A program made the position numbers and the translations under genes. From Tubulanus polymorphus (taxonomy: Eukaryota > Animalia > Nemertea), in NCBI RefSeq assembly GCF_964204645.1, contig NC_134033.1, positions 1,880,131-1,944,130 of the forward strand: a DNA stretch of 64,000 nt. Direction: 5' to 3'. A model generated the notes under the pieces. That model saw nothing but the letters and a program-made list of their open reading frames with translations, searched no databases and was not told the origin of the DNA. Below are positions 12,597 through 24,749 of this stretch, in pieces (within the stretch, counting starts at the first letter, position 1; each line of letters begins with the position of its first letter).

Positions 12597-13310
12597 ATAT
12601 CTATGACTGCAGTGTTCAAATATGCAAGATACGAACTGTTAGAGTCTATATCTATGACTGCAGTGTTCAAATATGCAAGATACGAACTGTTAAGAGTCTA
12701 TATCTATGACTGCAGAGTTCCAATATGCAAGTTACGGACTGATTGAGTCTATATCTATGACTGCAGAGTTCCAATATGCAAGTTACGGACTGATTGAGTC
12801 TATATCTATGACTGCAGAGTTCCAATATGCAAGTTACGGACTGATTGAGTCTATATCTATGACTGCAGAGTTCCAATATGCAAGATACGGACTGATTGAG
12901 TCTATATCTATGACTGCAGAGTTCCAATATGCAAATTACGAACTTATTGAGTCTATATCTATGACTGCAGAGTTCCAATATGCAAGTTACGGACTGATTG
13001 AGTCTATATCTATGACTGCAGAGTTCCAATATGCAAGTTACGGACTGATTGAGTCTATATCTATGACTGCAGAGTTCCAATATGCAAGTTACGGACTGAT
13101 TGAGTCTATATCTATGACTGCAGAGTTCCAATATGCAAATTACGGACTGATTGAGTCTATATCTATGACTGCAGTGTTCCAATATGCAAGTTACGGACTG
13201 ATTGAGTCTATATCTATGACTGCAGAGTTCCAATATGCAAGTTACGAACTGATTGAGTCTATATCTATGACTGCAGAGTTCCCATATGCAAGTTACGAAC
13301 TGATAGAGTC
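12597..13310. repeat. 51-bp minisatellite, ~14 copies
   Basis: Unit TATATCTATGACTGCAGAGTTCCAATATGCAAGTTACGGACTGATTGAGTC, near-identical copies. Confidence 0.97.
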
Positions 13311-16027
13311 TGTTCGTCGTGTCGAAGTCGATTTTTATATGGTAATAGATCACGGAACGGCAGACGATAACAGTTCGACTGCTGGACGATACCGGTGACT
13401 ATTTTCCTAGTTTGATACTCTCGTGCTCAAAATCGATATTACTGTCTCGATTTTCCCGAATGAAGCCAATCATTTACCGCATATAGATTTGATATCTTTA
13501 TACTCGTTTTCCTTTTCTGTATTCAAATGGAAATATAGAAATCGGTTTCAAACACACGCAGATTCAGATACGGATATAGGACACGTGACAGATGGACGTG
13601 AACGGCAGACGATAAAAGTTCGACTGCTGGACGACACCGCGGGCGACTGACTCGTAAAATATTCATGGACCGTTCCTCCGATCAGAATGTACATCTTGAT
13701 GAAACGCCAGTCGTGATATAATAGCAATTCATGCCGAGTAAACAATCTAACGATTTTTTTTTGTACCGGAACTCCCGCGGTGAAGGTCGCGTGGACGTGA
13801 CTTCGAATGAAAGTCCGCGCCCGCTTTCTCGCTCGAGTAACGTTATGTTTTGATTGAAATTGACAGGAAAGAAATTGCTATTTGGATCAATGGTTATTAC
13901 GTTCTCTGAACTCCGGAGATGCAGTTATCTTCAAAAGGCGGATATTGCGCGTATAAAACCCTCGCGGGTATTGAAACGCTATCAGCCGGATTTCTGTGGT
14001 AACCGCCACTCTGTCATACACTACTGACTAGTGTGTACTCAATAAACAGATTTTTTCTCCAGAAAACGGTACAGAAATTGTCGCGTTTATCCGTGGAATA
14101 TTCTATAGTAGTTATCTAGAATTCTACGATACATTCATCACCGATATCACACGCCGCAACAAGCTGGCGTTCTGTGCTTCTTTATCGAAATCCGATACCG
14201 CGATTTTATCGTGACCAAAAACCGCGTAAACGTAACATTATCCTATCAAAACCATCAGTAACAATGTTTATTCATGAAAGCTTTCGCCGACATGACGAAA
14301 GACGTTGAAATTTTAGAATTCTTTTGAGTCTTTTCTTTCGCGCTACGTAATCTTAGTTGCCATAGCGGCGCTCTTGATTATTAATCACCGAGCGATAACC
14401 GGAGATTCCTTTTTATCAACAACGGTCTCGACGAGGTTTACAGAGGCCGATTGCGTAACAGAACTACGAATCATTAAACAAAAGTAGAAACTCTTTTTTT
14501 TACGCAAACGAACCGGCGAATTATGTTTCTATATATTGTAAGGTCCCGCCTGGATGTTCGGTACCGCGAAACGTAAATGTTTAGACAGCACTTTCAACGG
14601 GAAATCGTCAGTTTATTCTTAACGTATAATGTATCTTATACTGGTATTCAGTGTACGTGCAACTCAACGTCGTCTGCGTCGATACGGGGGTAAATATTTG
14701 CCGACAATCTCAATAGTGTCGAGATTGATTAAGAGATTCCGGTTCCACCGAATCGGTGCCCGTTCCACGAACAACTTCGCGACTTCTCAAAGATTAGGTC
14801 GCGTATTTTCCACCCTATCTAAACGGCAATGCGTACTTTCGCGATCTGTGAACGCTTCACAGCCTTATCAAAGATTAGTTGTTCTACGCGCGTGGTATGT
14901 AGGTCACGTATTCGTCGCCCTATTCTACGTAAGGCAATGCGAATGATTGGTGAGCTGTAAAAACTGGACTCGCTCACGATAACGAGATGGTAGCGTAGAG
15001 ATAATTCAATGACGGTGGCTATCTGAAACTAATCCGTACTGAAGATCTAAGATATAGCCTGCACACACGCGCTCAGCCGGCTATTAACTCCAATCACGGA
15101 TGTTATTAAGTAGAGATCCACGCTCTCTTCTGATGTCGTGATATAGTGATATATCGGATATCAAAAGTCCAATAACATTTGTTTTTTTCGTTGCTGAGTA
15201 AGGTTTTATGAACATCGACAATAGCGATGATGCGACCTTGACCTTGATGAACCGAGTCAACTGCGAACCGAGGATTTTTTAGTGCTCCAACAGATGGCGC
15301 TCATCGAAGCAGATCGTGTTTTGAATATTCAAATATAGATCCGGGTTCGTGAACTCTGCGGTGGGCCCGTTCCGGTTAGAACCTCCAGAGAGTCGACTAG
15401 CGGTGTCAGTCGCACGCCATATATGAATACAACCCTCTTGTGGCTGACTGCTATCTGTATTTATTAGTCCCGGCGGAGTGATTCCTGCGACTCCTCGAAG
15501 TTGGCGATAAAAATCCGGTGTATCGTCACTCCAGTCACGTGTACAGTATCTACGCCGGAAGTGTGACGTCACTCGGGCGATGGCGCGTAATTCTGAAAAA
15601 AATGAGAATCGATTCAATCGATTTTATTTTCAATTTATTTTCACGTTCAATTCAGATTGATCAATATTCTCCCCGACCTATCAGTTACAGGATAATTTTC
15701 AATTTATATTAATTCCCTCCCGATCTGTATCAGATAATTTACGCGCACAAGCTCCAGCAGATTACAGGGTTCCAGTGAACACAGACACAGGCGTTGATGC
15801 GACACTGTGTTGCTTGTTACGTATTGCAGGTGAAATCCTGCGAATAAGCCACCAATCTCCAGGCACGTGTTCGATCAATAAAATCTCCTAACCAAATTTC
15901 TGTTTTCTGTCTCATACACGAAACGTCAACTAATCGCACAGTTCGTCTGATATTTTTAAATTTCCAGTCTAGCGTTTTCCGCAGACGATGAAGAAGACTA
16001 CGCGTGCATGAGATAGAACCATCTTAC

Positions 16028-16240
16028 CTGATTAGTGTCAGCGTTCACAGAACAAGCCTCAGATCTTGTATATTTGCTTGTTTGCCGGCGTAAAAAATAA
16101 ACTCTGTCTCGTCTCTAAATCGACATCTAGTGTCGCCTGCCTTGAGATCGACGAGATCTAACTAAATGAATGCCTGGCAGTGAACTATTGAAGCTGATGA
16201 ATATAGATAGATCCCTTGACACTGGCTTGTCTTGTAAAAG
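16028..16240 (-). other. Candidate non-coding 5' UTR exon (GPCR transcript?)
   Basis: Acceptor TATTTTGCAG| and donor CAG|GTAAGA. No convincing ORF. Confidence 0.35.
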
Positions 16241-17508
16241 CTGCAAAATAATTTCGTAAACAGATGCTATTTATCACTTCAATCGGCTCTATAAATTCAG
16301 GGATTAGATTTCAGCATGACTTAAATGAAATAATGTATCATTTTAACGCAACTAGGGTCATCGTAACCATTGCATCGTAGCTCCTGGTGTTATTCGAAAT
16401 TGTTGAGCCAGTTCCACAGTTCCAGGACCCAATTCCTACGTGTTTTTGAGGGAAAAAAATGAAATTATTTCGCCAAGTCTAATTTACAACCTATGGAACT
16501 GGGTCCTGATATATCCTAATCACAGGGTTCAATTACACACTCGGCAGATGTTCCACAGACATTCACCATTTTCCCAAAACATGTTCGCCCAGGCCCCCCC
16601 CTGTGGCAGTACCCCAGACATGTCCCTACGAAAATGAATTAGGGCGTCGTGTCTGAATCATCTTTAGATTGACATTCACCATTTGTGAAGAAAAGCGTGT
16701 TCGTACAGAATTCGCCATTTAAAAAGCTGATCGAGTCGTCTGGAGGGGGATGGGAACAGACGACAGATTGTCAGCTGCATAAGTAAAGTCTACATTCATA
16801 ACCATAAAAATGTAGCGATATATCATTATTATTTCGTATAGTGGTAGCTTATAGAGAATAAACAACTGAGCAACCAGAACTGTGGAACTGAATCCACAGT
16901 TTTACGTGGAACAAATTTTATATTGATTGTCGATGGAAATTTTCTGATTTTAGAACTAAAAACTAAAACAATTGAGATGAACGACGGGATAAGATTTTGA
17001 AACATTGAATCTATACGAGAGACTAATCTTCTTCCTTGAATCAGAATCCGGTTCCACAGTTCAGGGTTAACTTCGATTTTATGGAGTTAAACAGGGGTGG
17101 ATTCTGGGTCGAAGTAAAACATAAAAACAATTGAGATTACGAATCGGAATCCGGAGTTAACTTCGATTTTATGGTGTTAAACAGGGACGGATTCTGGGTC
17201 AAAGTAAAACAATTGAGGTTACGAATCGGAACCCGGTTCCACAGTTCAAGAGTTAACTTCGATTTCATGGAGTTAAAATAGAGCGAAAATTCAAACAAAT
17301 TTTTGGGAAATTGAGTCAATACGATAAACTCGATCAAAATCTAGTGTTGACGATGTCCTCAGAATCGGGAGATGACGAACAAAACACAGTTGATTTGCAT
17401 GGATGAGAACTGAACTCTTTTAATCAACAGCCTTTGTATTCATAAACAATGCAACGTAATACTAGATAATGACGACTTCCAGTTGTACAGAATACACATC
17501 TACAGCCT

Positions 17509-17990
17509 CCCAAATCTAACTAATCAGCTCGATGACGAATTGGTGACCAGTTTATCGCGATTGAATTCATACCGCTTAGTGCGATTTACAGAACGGAGCG
17601 TTCTAACTTGTAACGAGCCAAATTTAGTCGGTTCTAAATAGCATAGTGGCAAAATACATAAAATCTAGAGCGTCCCAAATGGGAACGTGCCAAATCTAAC
17701 TAGTCAGCTCGATGACGAATTGGTGACCAGTTTATCGCAATTGAATTCATATCGCACAGTTAGATTTAGAACGGAGCGTTCTGACTTGTAACGAGCCAAA
17801 TTTCGACGGTTCTAAATAGCGTAGTGGCTAAATACATAAAATCAAGAGTGTCCCAAATGGGTACGTGCCAAATTCAACTATATCTATCAGCTCGATGACG
17901 AATTGGTGACCAGTTTATCGCAATTGAACTCATATCGCACAGTACGATTTAGAACGCACCGTTCTAACTTGGAACGGGCCAAATCTAAAC
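17509..17990. repeat. ~180-bp tandem repeat, ~2.6 copies
   Basis: TCAGCTCGATGACGAATTGGTGACCAGTTTATCGC recurs at ~17524, ~17704 and ~17887. Confidence 0.9.
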
Positions 17991-19469
17991 CGTACGGGCG
18001 ATTTTTTCGTTCGACGCCGAGCGAATATCGGGCAGTTGCTCGAGAATTGCTCGAAAACATCGCCTGTGTATATGTGTGCGCTAGGCTTACATAGCAGGGT
18101 TTAAAAATACACAACTGGTGGAACTGTTACGGTATGGGAAACAGTTGTTCAAATTTGTAAGTTACGTAAACAGAAAAATAAAAATACAGAACACGAGTTA
18201 AACGTAAACGTTATTGTAATACATACTGTTTATCTGCAGGTGCGAGTAACATATATGCGAAACATCATACATTCATTATTTCCCTGCTCAACACCGGGTG
18301 ATTTAATCCTTTACATCTTCACAATGAAATAACAGTCGGTTTTACTTAGATCAGGGTCCAATTTCACGAAAAGTTTAATGAGCTTTCATCGGTTTATCTT
18401 ATGATTGATTGAGAAAAATGAAATATTGAAGAAGTCTAACTTTTTGTGAAACCGGATCCACAATTTTTCCACAGGTAAAATTCAACTTATTGAAAATTAA
18501 CTCAGAGTTAACTCTAAATCACAACTCTGGAACTGGATCCTGAGTTCAGAGGTAACTCACAACGTGGAACTGGATCCCGAGTTCAGAGTTAACCCTACCT
18601 CGCACGTAGAACTGGATCCTGAGTTCAGAGTAAAGCCTCACTTATAATTGTTGAAATCCGTGGACCCAATGCTCAGAAGACTCGTCTTGTCCCCGTACTT
18701 CCCGTTATAAAGATGCGGCAGCTGATTTATAACTGCGGTGTTTCCCGTCAGTTCTCTGCTGCTGCCAGACGCAGCTCGCGAGATCTCGCGCAGTTTGTCG
18801 GGGATTTCCACTCTCTGACGGCCGTCTCGTCTGCGGCTTTCGAAAACCGTTAATCATTGTGTAAAACCAACAATAAATCAACCAATCATAAAATACCATC
18901 TTATCCCCCGGATTGAGCGTAAACCGGATGTTCGCAGTAACGAGTACTTCCGGAGATTTCAGGTAGCACCAAACTAAATCGTACACTGCTGAGATACCAA
19001 CCGCAATCGTTTACAGAAACTCATAACAACAAAAATGAAACAAAAGCGTCTAATGACCGACCCCTGGTGGGCTGAGGCGCTGATGAGGATTTTAGGGTTT
19101 GTTTAAATCAGGCAGGCCTTCCCCGGTGAAGGAAAACCGTCCGAAGTTATTCGGTACACGACCCTCTCCTGTCCCCTGTGAGTGAAAGGGTTTGTTTATT
19201 TCGCTGCAAACTGGCGCGCCGTATTTTTTCATCAATGCCGCCATCAATGCGCTATAAGCTTCGTAATAAAGTCTGCACCAATTCTCTCTGTGTTCCATGG
19301 ATATTTTTTCGACATTTTGGTGACACGTGTTCCCGTTTATTATGTGAATAGTTTAGGTTAATTGTTATATAAATGGCAGGTTTTGTAGCCAGAGACGAAA
19401 CATAAATAACCAGCGGAATCCGTGCTTAGATATCTGTGTAGAACTCCACAGAGAGTACTAAACTATTAT

Positions 19470-19730
19470 ACTGGAACTGGTTCAGAGACAAGCTAAACCC
19501 ACACAACTGTGGAACTGGATCCACAGTCAAATTCAACCCACATAACTGTGGAACTGGATCCACAGTCAAATTAAACCCGCACAACTGTGGAACTGGGTCC
19601 ACAGTCAAATTAAACCCACACAACTGTGGAGCTGGGTTCAGAATCAAATTAAACCCACACAACTGTGGAACTGGTTTCAGAGACAAATTAACTTTCAGAG
19701 ATCCAATTCAACTCCACGACTGTAGAATTG
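19470..19730. repeat. 39-bp tandem repeat of the dispersed ACTGTGGAACTGG family
   Basis: CACAACTGTGGAACTGG(A/G)TCCACAGTCAAATT units. The same core occurs at ~18525-18630, 29016-29120, 53915-54050 and 54440-54720. Confidence 0.88.
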
Positions 19731-21138
19731 CATATTCCTAACTAGAACGAATCAGTATTTTTTTCTTATCAAATATAAACAGTAGTTCTGAATAGTAGAT
19801 TTGTATGTATGTGGCTGAAATAGCAGTTTAATAACCGTGATGTCAAGAGCTCATTGTTATCTACCATTATCACTACATTACCAGAGACTTTAATAGCGAT
19901 AAAACTGACAAACCGTCAATCATCGCCGAACATTTACCAAGATAAAACTGTATCGCTAAGTATCAGCACCAGCAGCAGCGCAAACACTACATCTCTCTTA
20001 AACTCATAAAAACGACAGAAAAATGTCCCGCGAGGTTTTTATTACCGCTGAGATTTTACAACTACAAACATCGTTTTAAAACAACGCAAACCAGAAACAA
20101 GATTATATTCCGATAAAATCTACGTTATTTATTGCGAACTTTCTTTGAATGTTTGTTCGCGCACATTCTACTTCACACCGGCAGAGGAGAGTCGAGAGCG
20201 GGCCAGGGTCTGGCCGTTTTCAATGTAAGAGCTATTACATATGAGCTTGGAGTAATCAGACTGATCTTTCTCTCCCCTATTTTTCTCTCTTCTTTCGCCG
20301 TCTCTTGAGATCCAGAAAAAAAAACAGCGCAATCAGAAATTGTGAGGAATGTGGTGTCTGTGGCCGGGATATTGGGAGATCACGCTATAATCGTTGACTG
20401 ATCGATGTTGGACCTAAATTCGCCGTTGAGCTGGATTAATAAGACATCTGTTGTATCCATGTCTACCTGAATACTGTCATCCCCGGGAACGAGTAAAGCT
20501 GAAGTGAGGTTTTATGTATCCAACCACAATCATCAATCATCTCAACAACGGTTCAGAGGTTTTTAGAATAGAGATATCTAAGCAGGGGTCAAGTGAAAAC
20601 AAAAAGAAAACTAGCTCAATTAGTTCGCTATCTCGATGAAGTTTCGACGAAGTTTCGATGAAGTTAACTGATGAAGACAGGACGTGATAAACCGATCTAA
20701 ACATCTTTTAGAACCGAAATGAACACGTTTCAATCCCGGTGATGAAATTTCTGATTCGTTACGACATCTGTGGACGTAAAAAGAATTATCAAACAAAATG
20801 TACACCTCAATAATGGGAACGAGTTGAGGCGAAATTCATTGTCCAATTATCTCTAGTTGTTCCATATATAACGGGTTTGAAATCTCCACTCAGCTCACAC
20901 CTAACTGAGGGCGGCGTAGCTGGTGCCAACATAATTGGATGGAAAATGTTTTCTCTTATGGCCGATTTGCTTGGGGACTCCTATAATTCAGGCCAGACTG
21001 TGTCAGTCAGGGCGAACACCGTTTTATCTGTGGATCTAGGGAGGCTTTCGCCGTCGAGTTACGGGAGACTACAGATGATTTTCTCTCCAATCACGTACAT
21101 ATTCTCTCACAATATCAATCCAAACAGCAGCAGCAGCA

Positions 21139-21185
<47 letters not shown>

Positions 21186-22219
21186 CGAAAGTCTTCCATC
21201 GGAGCAGACGATCAAATTATCAGCCATCAAAGAGTCGGTACCTGTGTCTACCTGCTACACGTCGATATGAAATCCGCGCTCGATTAAGTAGACGTTTTTG
21301 AAGTTGTGAATTTACCTTGTTCGACTTCTTTTGCTGAAACTTTTCCCCCCGAGGACCCTCCATTATCGGGATGCTGCTGTTGTACCTAGTTAAACTTGCC
21401 GAAGCCCCAGGACTTACCATTTTATCACACTGAGGATATAGAGATAAAGTTCGAAATGTTTCATCCAGCTTATAATTCAATCAACGTAATGGCCGTAACA
21501 AAATTATGTTGCAACATTAAAATCGCTGAAGGAGACCTTTCCAGACATCCATTTCTTGCTGAGCGCATTGATACATTGTAGACAGACTTTGTGCCGGATG
21601 GAATCTTGGCCAACGATTAATAGTTCTGTGTTTATTGGTTTGATATCCAGGAAATAAAACTACCGACCTCAATGACTTGGCAAACGACGAAAGTCTAAGG
21701 TTAAGGTCAGGTAATGTTGGTAACTTTTCATCCCATCAACCAAAGTTCTGTTGGTGATATTAGATTCGGAGTCAACACTGGCCGTCAAGTGGCCGTCAAG
21801 TATTCTGGATAACGGCTAGGTGCTTTCTGCCGATGGCAGTAGATGTGTATCAATTACTGTAAGTCTCGCACAGCACTCAAACCACGCGTTAAAACGGTTA
21901 ATAGACACTTATTCTGAAACCCTGCAATCTACCTAATGTTCCTCTTTTAACACCTCAGTCTCTCGCGAATAGCGGCAGAAAGTGTGCTATTGGAGCATTT
22001 TACAGTCACTGCACAAACTCTCAATACAATCATTTTTTCTAATTAGTTAATGCGTCTCAGATAATTCAGGATACGTATATCCGGTTCCTGTCAAGTTGCC
22101 AGTTACGTTTGACATTTGAATTACATTTGGATAGAGTTTGAACAAAATACCGCATTTTGACGCGTAAGAAACTGTTGTAATCAGAGACTGATGGCGGGTG
22201 TTAGTGAATAGAGTCGCCA

Positions 22220-22400
22220 CGCAGCTGACCGGTCATCACACACGTGACTGGTCACCTCACACCGGACTGGTCACCTTATACCAGACTGGTCCCCGGGCAG
22301 CTGACTGGTCATCAAACACGTGACTGGTCACCTCACACGTGACTGGTCATCACGCAGCTCACTGGTCATCACACACGTGACAGGTCACCACACTGACCTG
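22220..22400. repeat. Short tandem array of TGACTGGTCA-core units interleaved with CACGTG/CAGCTG
   Basis: About nine near-palindromic TGAC(T/C/A)GGTCA cores at ~18-bp spacing. Confidence 0.75.
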
Positions 22401-24279
22401 ACAAACTCCCAACTGCTCAGTGGTATGGGGGTAAGCATACTGTTCAGTTACTCAGTCATGGCATACATTCGGGACCAGTCTACGGCCATCTTATTAACAA
22501 AGCCAATCTAGAAAATAATAGTATAATATTTAAGACCGCTTAAAAGCTCCTAGTTGCCCCACTTGTTGAAATATAGAATCCTAGGTGATCTGCAATGCGT
22601 TTCGCCGTCTGCTCGAGGTGAAGATCTATCGATTAATATTCGATGAACTTTGTTGTATATTTGCTGACTCTTGGTTCCACTTGAGAAACCGCCAGCGAGA
22701 AACCGACAGTAGTGACTGATATTTACATTTGACTCGATCGAATTTCATCGTCGCCGCCGTTTATTAATTCAGTGAAGGTCGACTCGACTCGTGCGTGCTA
22801 AAGTCGGCAGACGATAAGTTAGTACATCGACTGCTGTTCTCAACCCGGAGATTGAGCATTAAACCGTGAACTAATTGAGCAAAATAATCATAGCCACGGG
22901 GGATGTTCAGAATCAATCCTATCCCAACTTATTGGGGAGTTCCACCTGAGAATCATTTAGCGAATTTTGTCGAGACATTTTTGGAAGAAATGGCGGCATC
23001 CTTATTATCCCCCTGTGACATCAATAATTTACGCGGGGACGCTACATTAGCCCCCCCCCCATGACATTATTAATTAGTTTGACTTATTGAGGAGTTTCAC
23101 CTAATTATTTTGCGAACTTGGTCGATAAATTTTTAAAGAAATGTCAGCATCCTTGTTATCCCCCTATGACATCATTATAGTTGATGACATTGAATTAGTT
23201 TCATTAACACAGAAACACTCCTCAGTACCGAGTCGAAAAAATCATTTTCATCCTTTTCCGCCGAGACTGCTACGGAATGACGATATTGAACTGCGTTAGT
23301 TCCCCCTATGACATCATTAATCAGTTTCATTACTATAATCATTTAGACACTGGTCTTGAAAAGATAGCTGCCTGACACCGAATCCCCCTATAACATCATC
23401 GAATTAGTTTCATAATCATGAATTCTTAGGCTCGCGAGTTCATACATTATATAACGACACCGCCGAATATTCTTTGAAATTCTTTTTATTTTCTCAGATA
23501 TCAAGTGTAATTTTCATTGATAATTAATTAATCTATTTAAGAAAAACTTCAACACAAGTTTTAACTGAAACGTAGAGAAGAAATTGAAAGCAGCAGATCA
23601 AGTAACTACGCGGTAGTAAACCCGTTGGATCCCGTTACTGCTAGGCGTGTGATCTGATGATAGCGCGTATCAGATTTACCCATCAGAAACGAAGGTAATC
23701 ACATATTTTCCGGAGAGGTTTTCTTTCTTCCGTCGCAAAATCAACGCCGCGTTTAAAAAATGTATGAATAAGTAAATAGCAAACGATTCCGGCAGACAAC
23801 GTCCATCATATACTGGCATCGTTCCAAATTTATATGACGAAGCGCGAAAAGATGACGCCAAACATATCTTCGCCCTTTTATACGAACGGGCACAAACTCT
23901 ATTAACAAGCTCTAAGTAATAAGTAATTTGATTTACCACAAATTGGATTCTAGTCCGATTCGCACGCTTGTCACGTCTTGTCGAGTTGACTTTGTTTGGT
24001 GGAATTAATCCTTAGCAGACGGAATGACCAGTCACGTGGTCATTTTTTACACATACGCTGTGCGCAACGAAATCAGCAAATTTGTTGTTGTGAGACTGGA
24101 GTAGCCTACAGTGATCTCGCCACCACACTACACACTCCACCTTGGAGTAATCAGTCTGGTTACTCCAAGACTCCACCCACTCGCTAACTGCAAAGTTTAG
24201 TCGAAGATATCAGAAAAATCGCGAACAGTGCTTCGGTCAGGAGAAATGCCTATATAGCAAGCCTACCAGTTCCTGAACC

Positions 24280-24323
24280 TGATATGATATGATATGATAT
24301 GATATGATATGATATGATATGAT
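24280..24323. repeat. (TGATA)n microsatellite
   Basis: Directly visible. Confidence 0.95.
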
Positions 24324-24597
24324 AAAATCAGAATTAACTAGCAATTTTCGAATACGAACAATTTCTAAGCAACAAAATCAGGGGTCCATAAACAAAACGG
24401 GATATCGACAATTTCAAGTCCTGAATCAAGTTCTGAAATTACTTAAATTCTAAGTCCCTGTTCGAACGATGTATTGCAAAATTCAACTTTAAATCTGGCT
24501 GGAATTAGGTCCAGATGTAAATAAATCCCTCCAACATGTATAATCTTAATCCGCCGTGTGTTAAGTTCATTTGCAATAGAGAATTCTACTCACTCAC

Positions 24598-24749
24598 CGG
24601 TCGTCACACGTTGATTCCATTATTCCCCACATCGCGTACTAGATTCGTTTACTGTTTATTTCTGTGTCTAAGTTTGGTCTGCTCCAGACGGGATGACAAA
24701 CGATTTCCTTCAATACACGCGTGAGAAAAAGTTTCAAAAGCCCCGATTT
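24598..24749 (-). other. Candidate non-coding 5' UTR exon (GPCR transcript?)
   Basis: Acceptor TTTTTCTTTGTTTACAG| and donor CCG|GTGAGT. Confidence 0.4.

Noticed and set aside
18638-18830. Minus-strand open frame RDGRQRVEIPDKLREISR...FNNYK*
   Set aside because: Weak acceptor, no partner exons and no recognisable homology.
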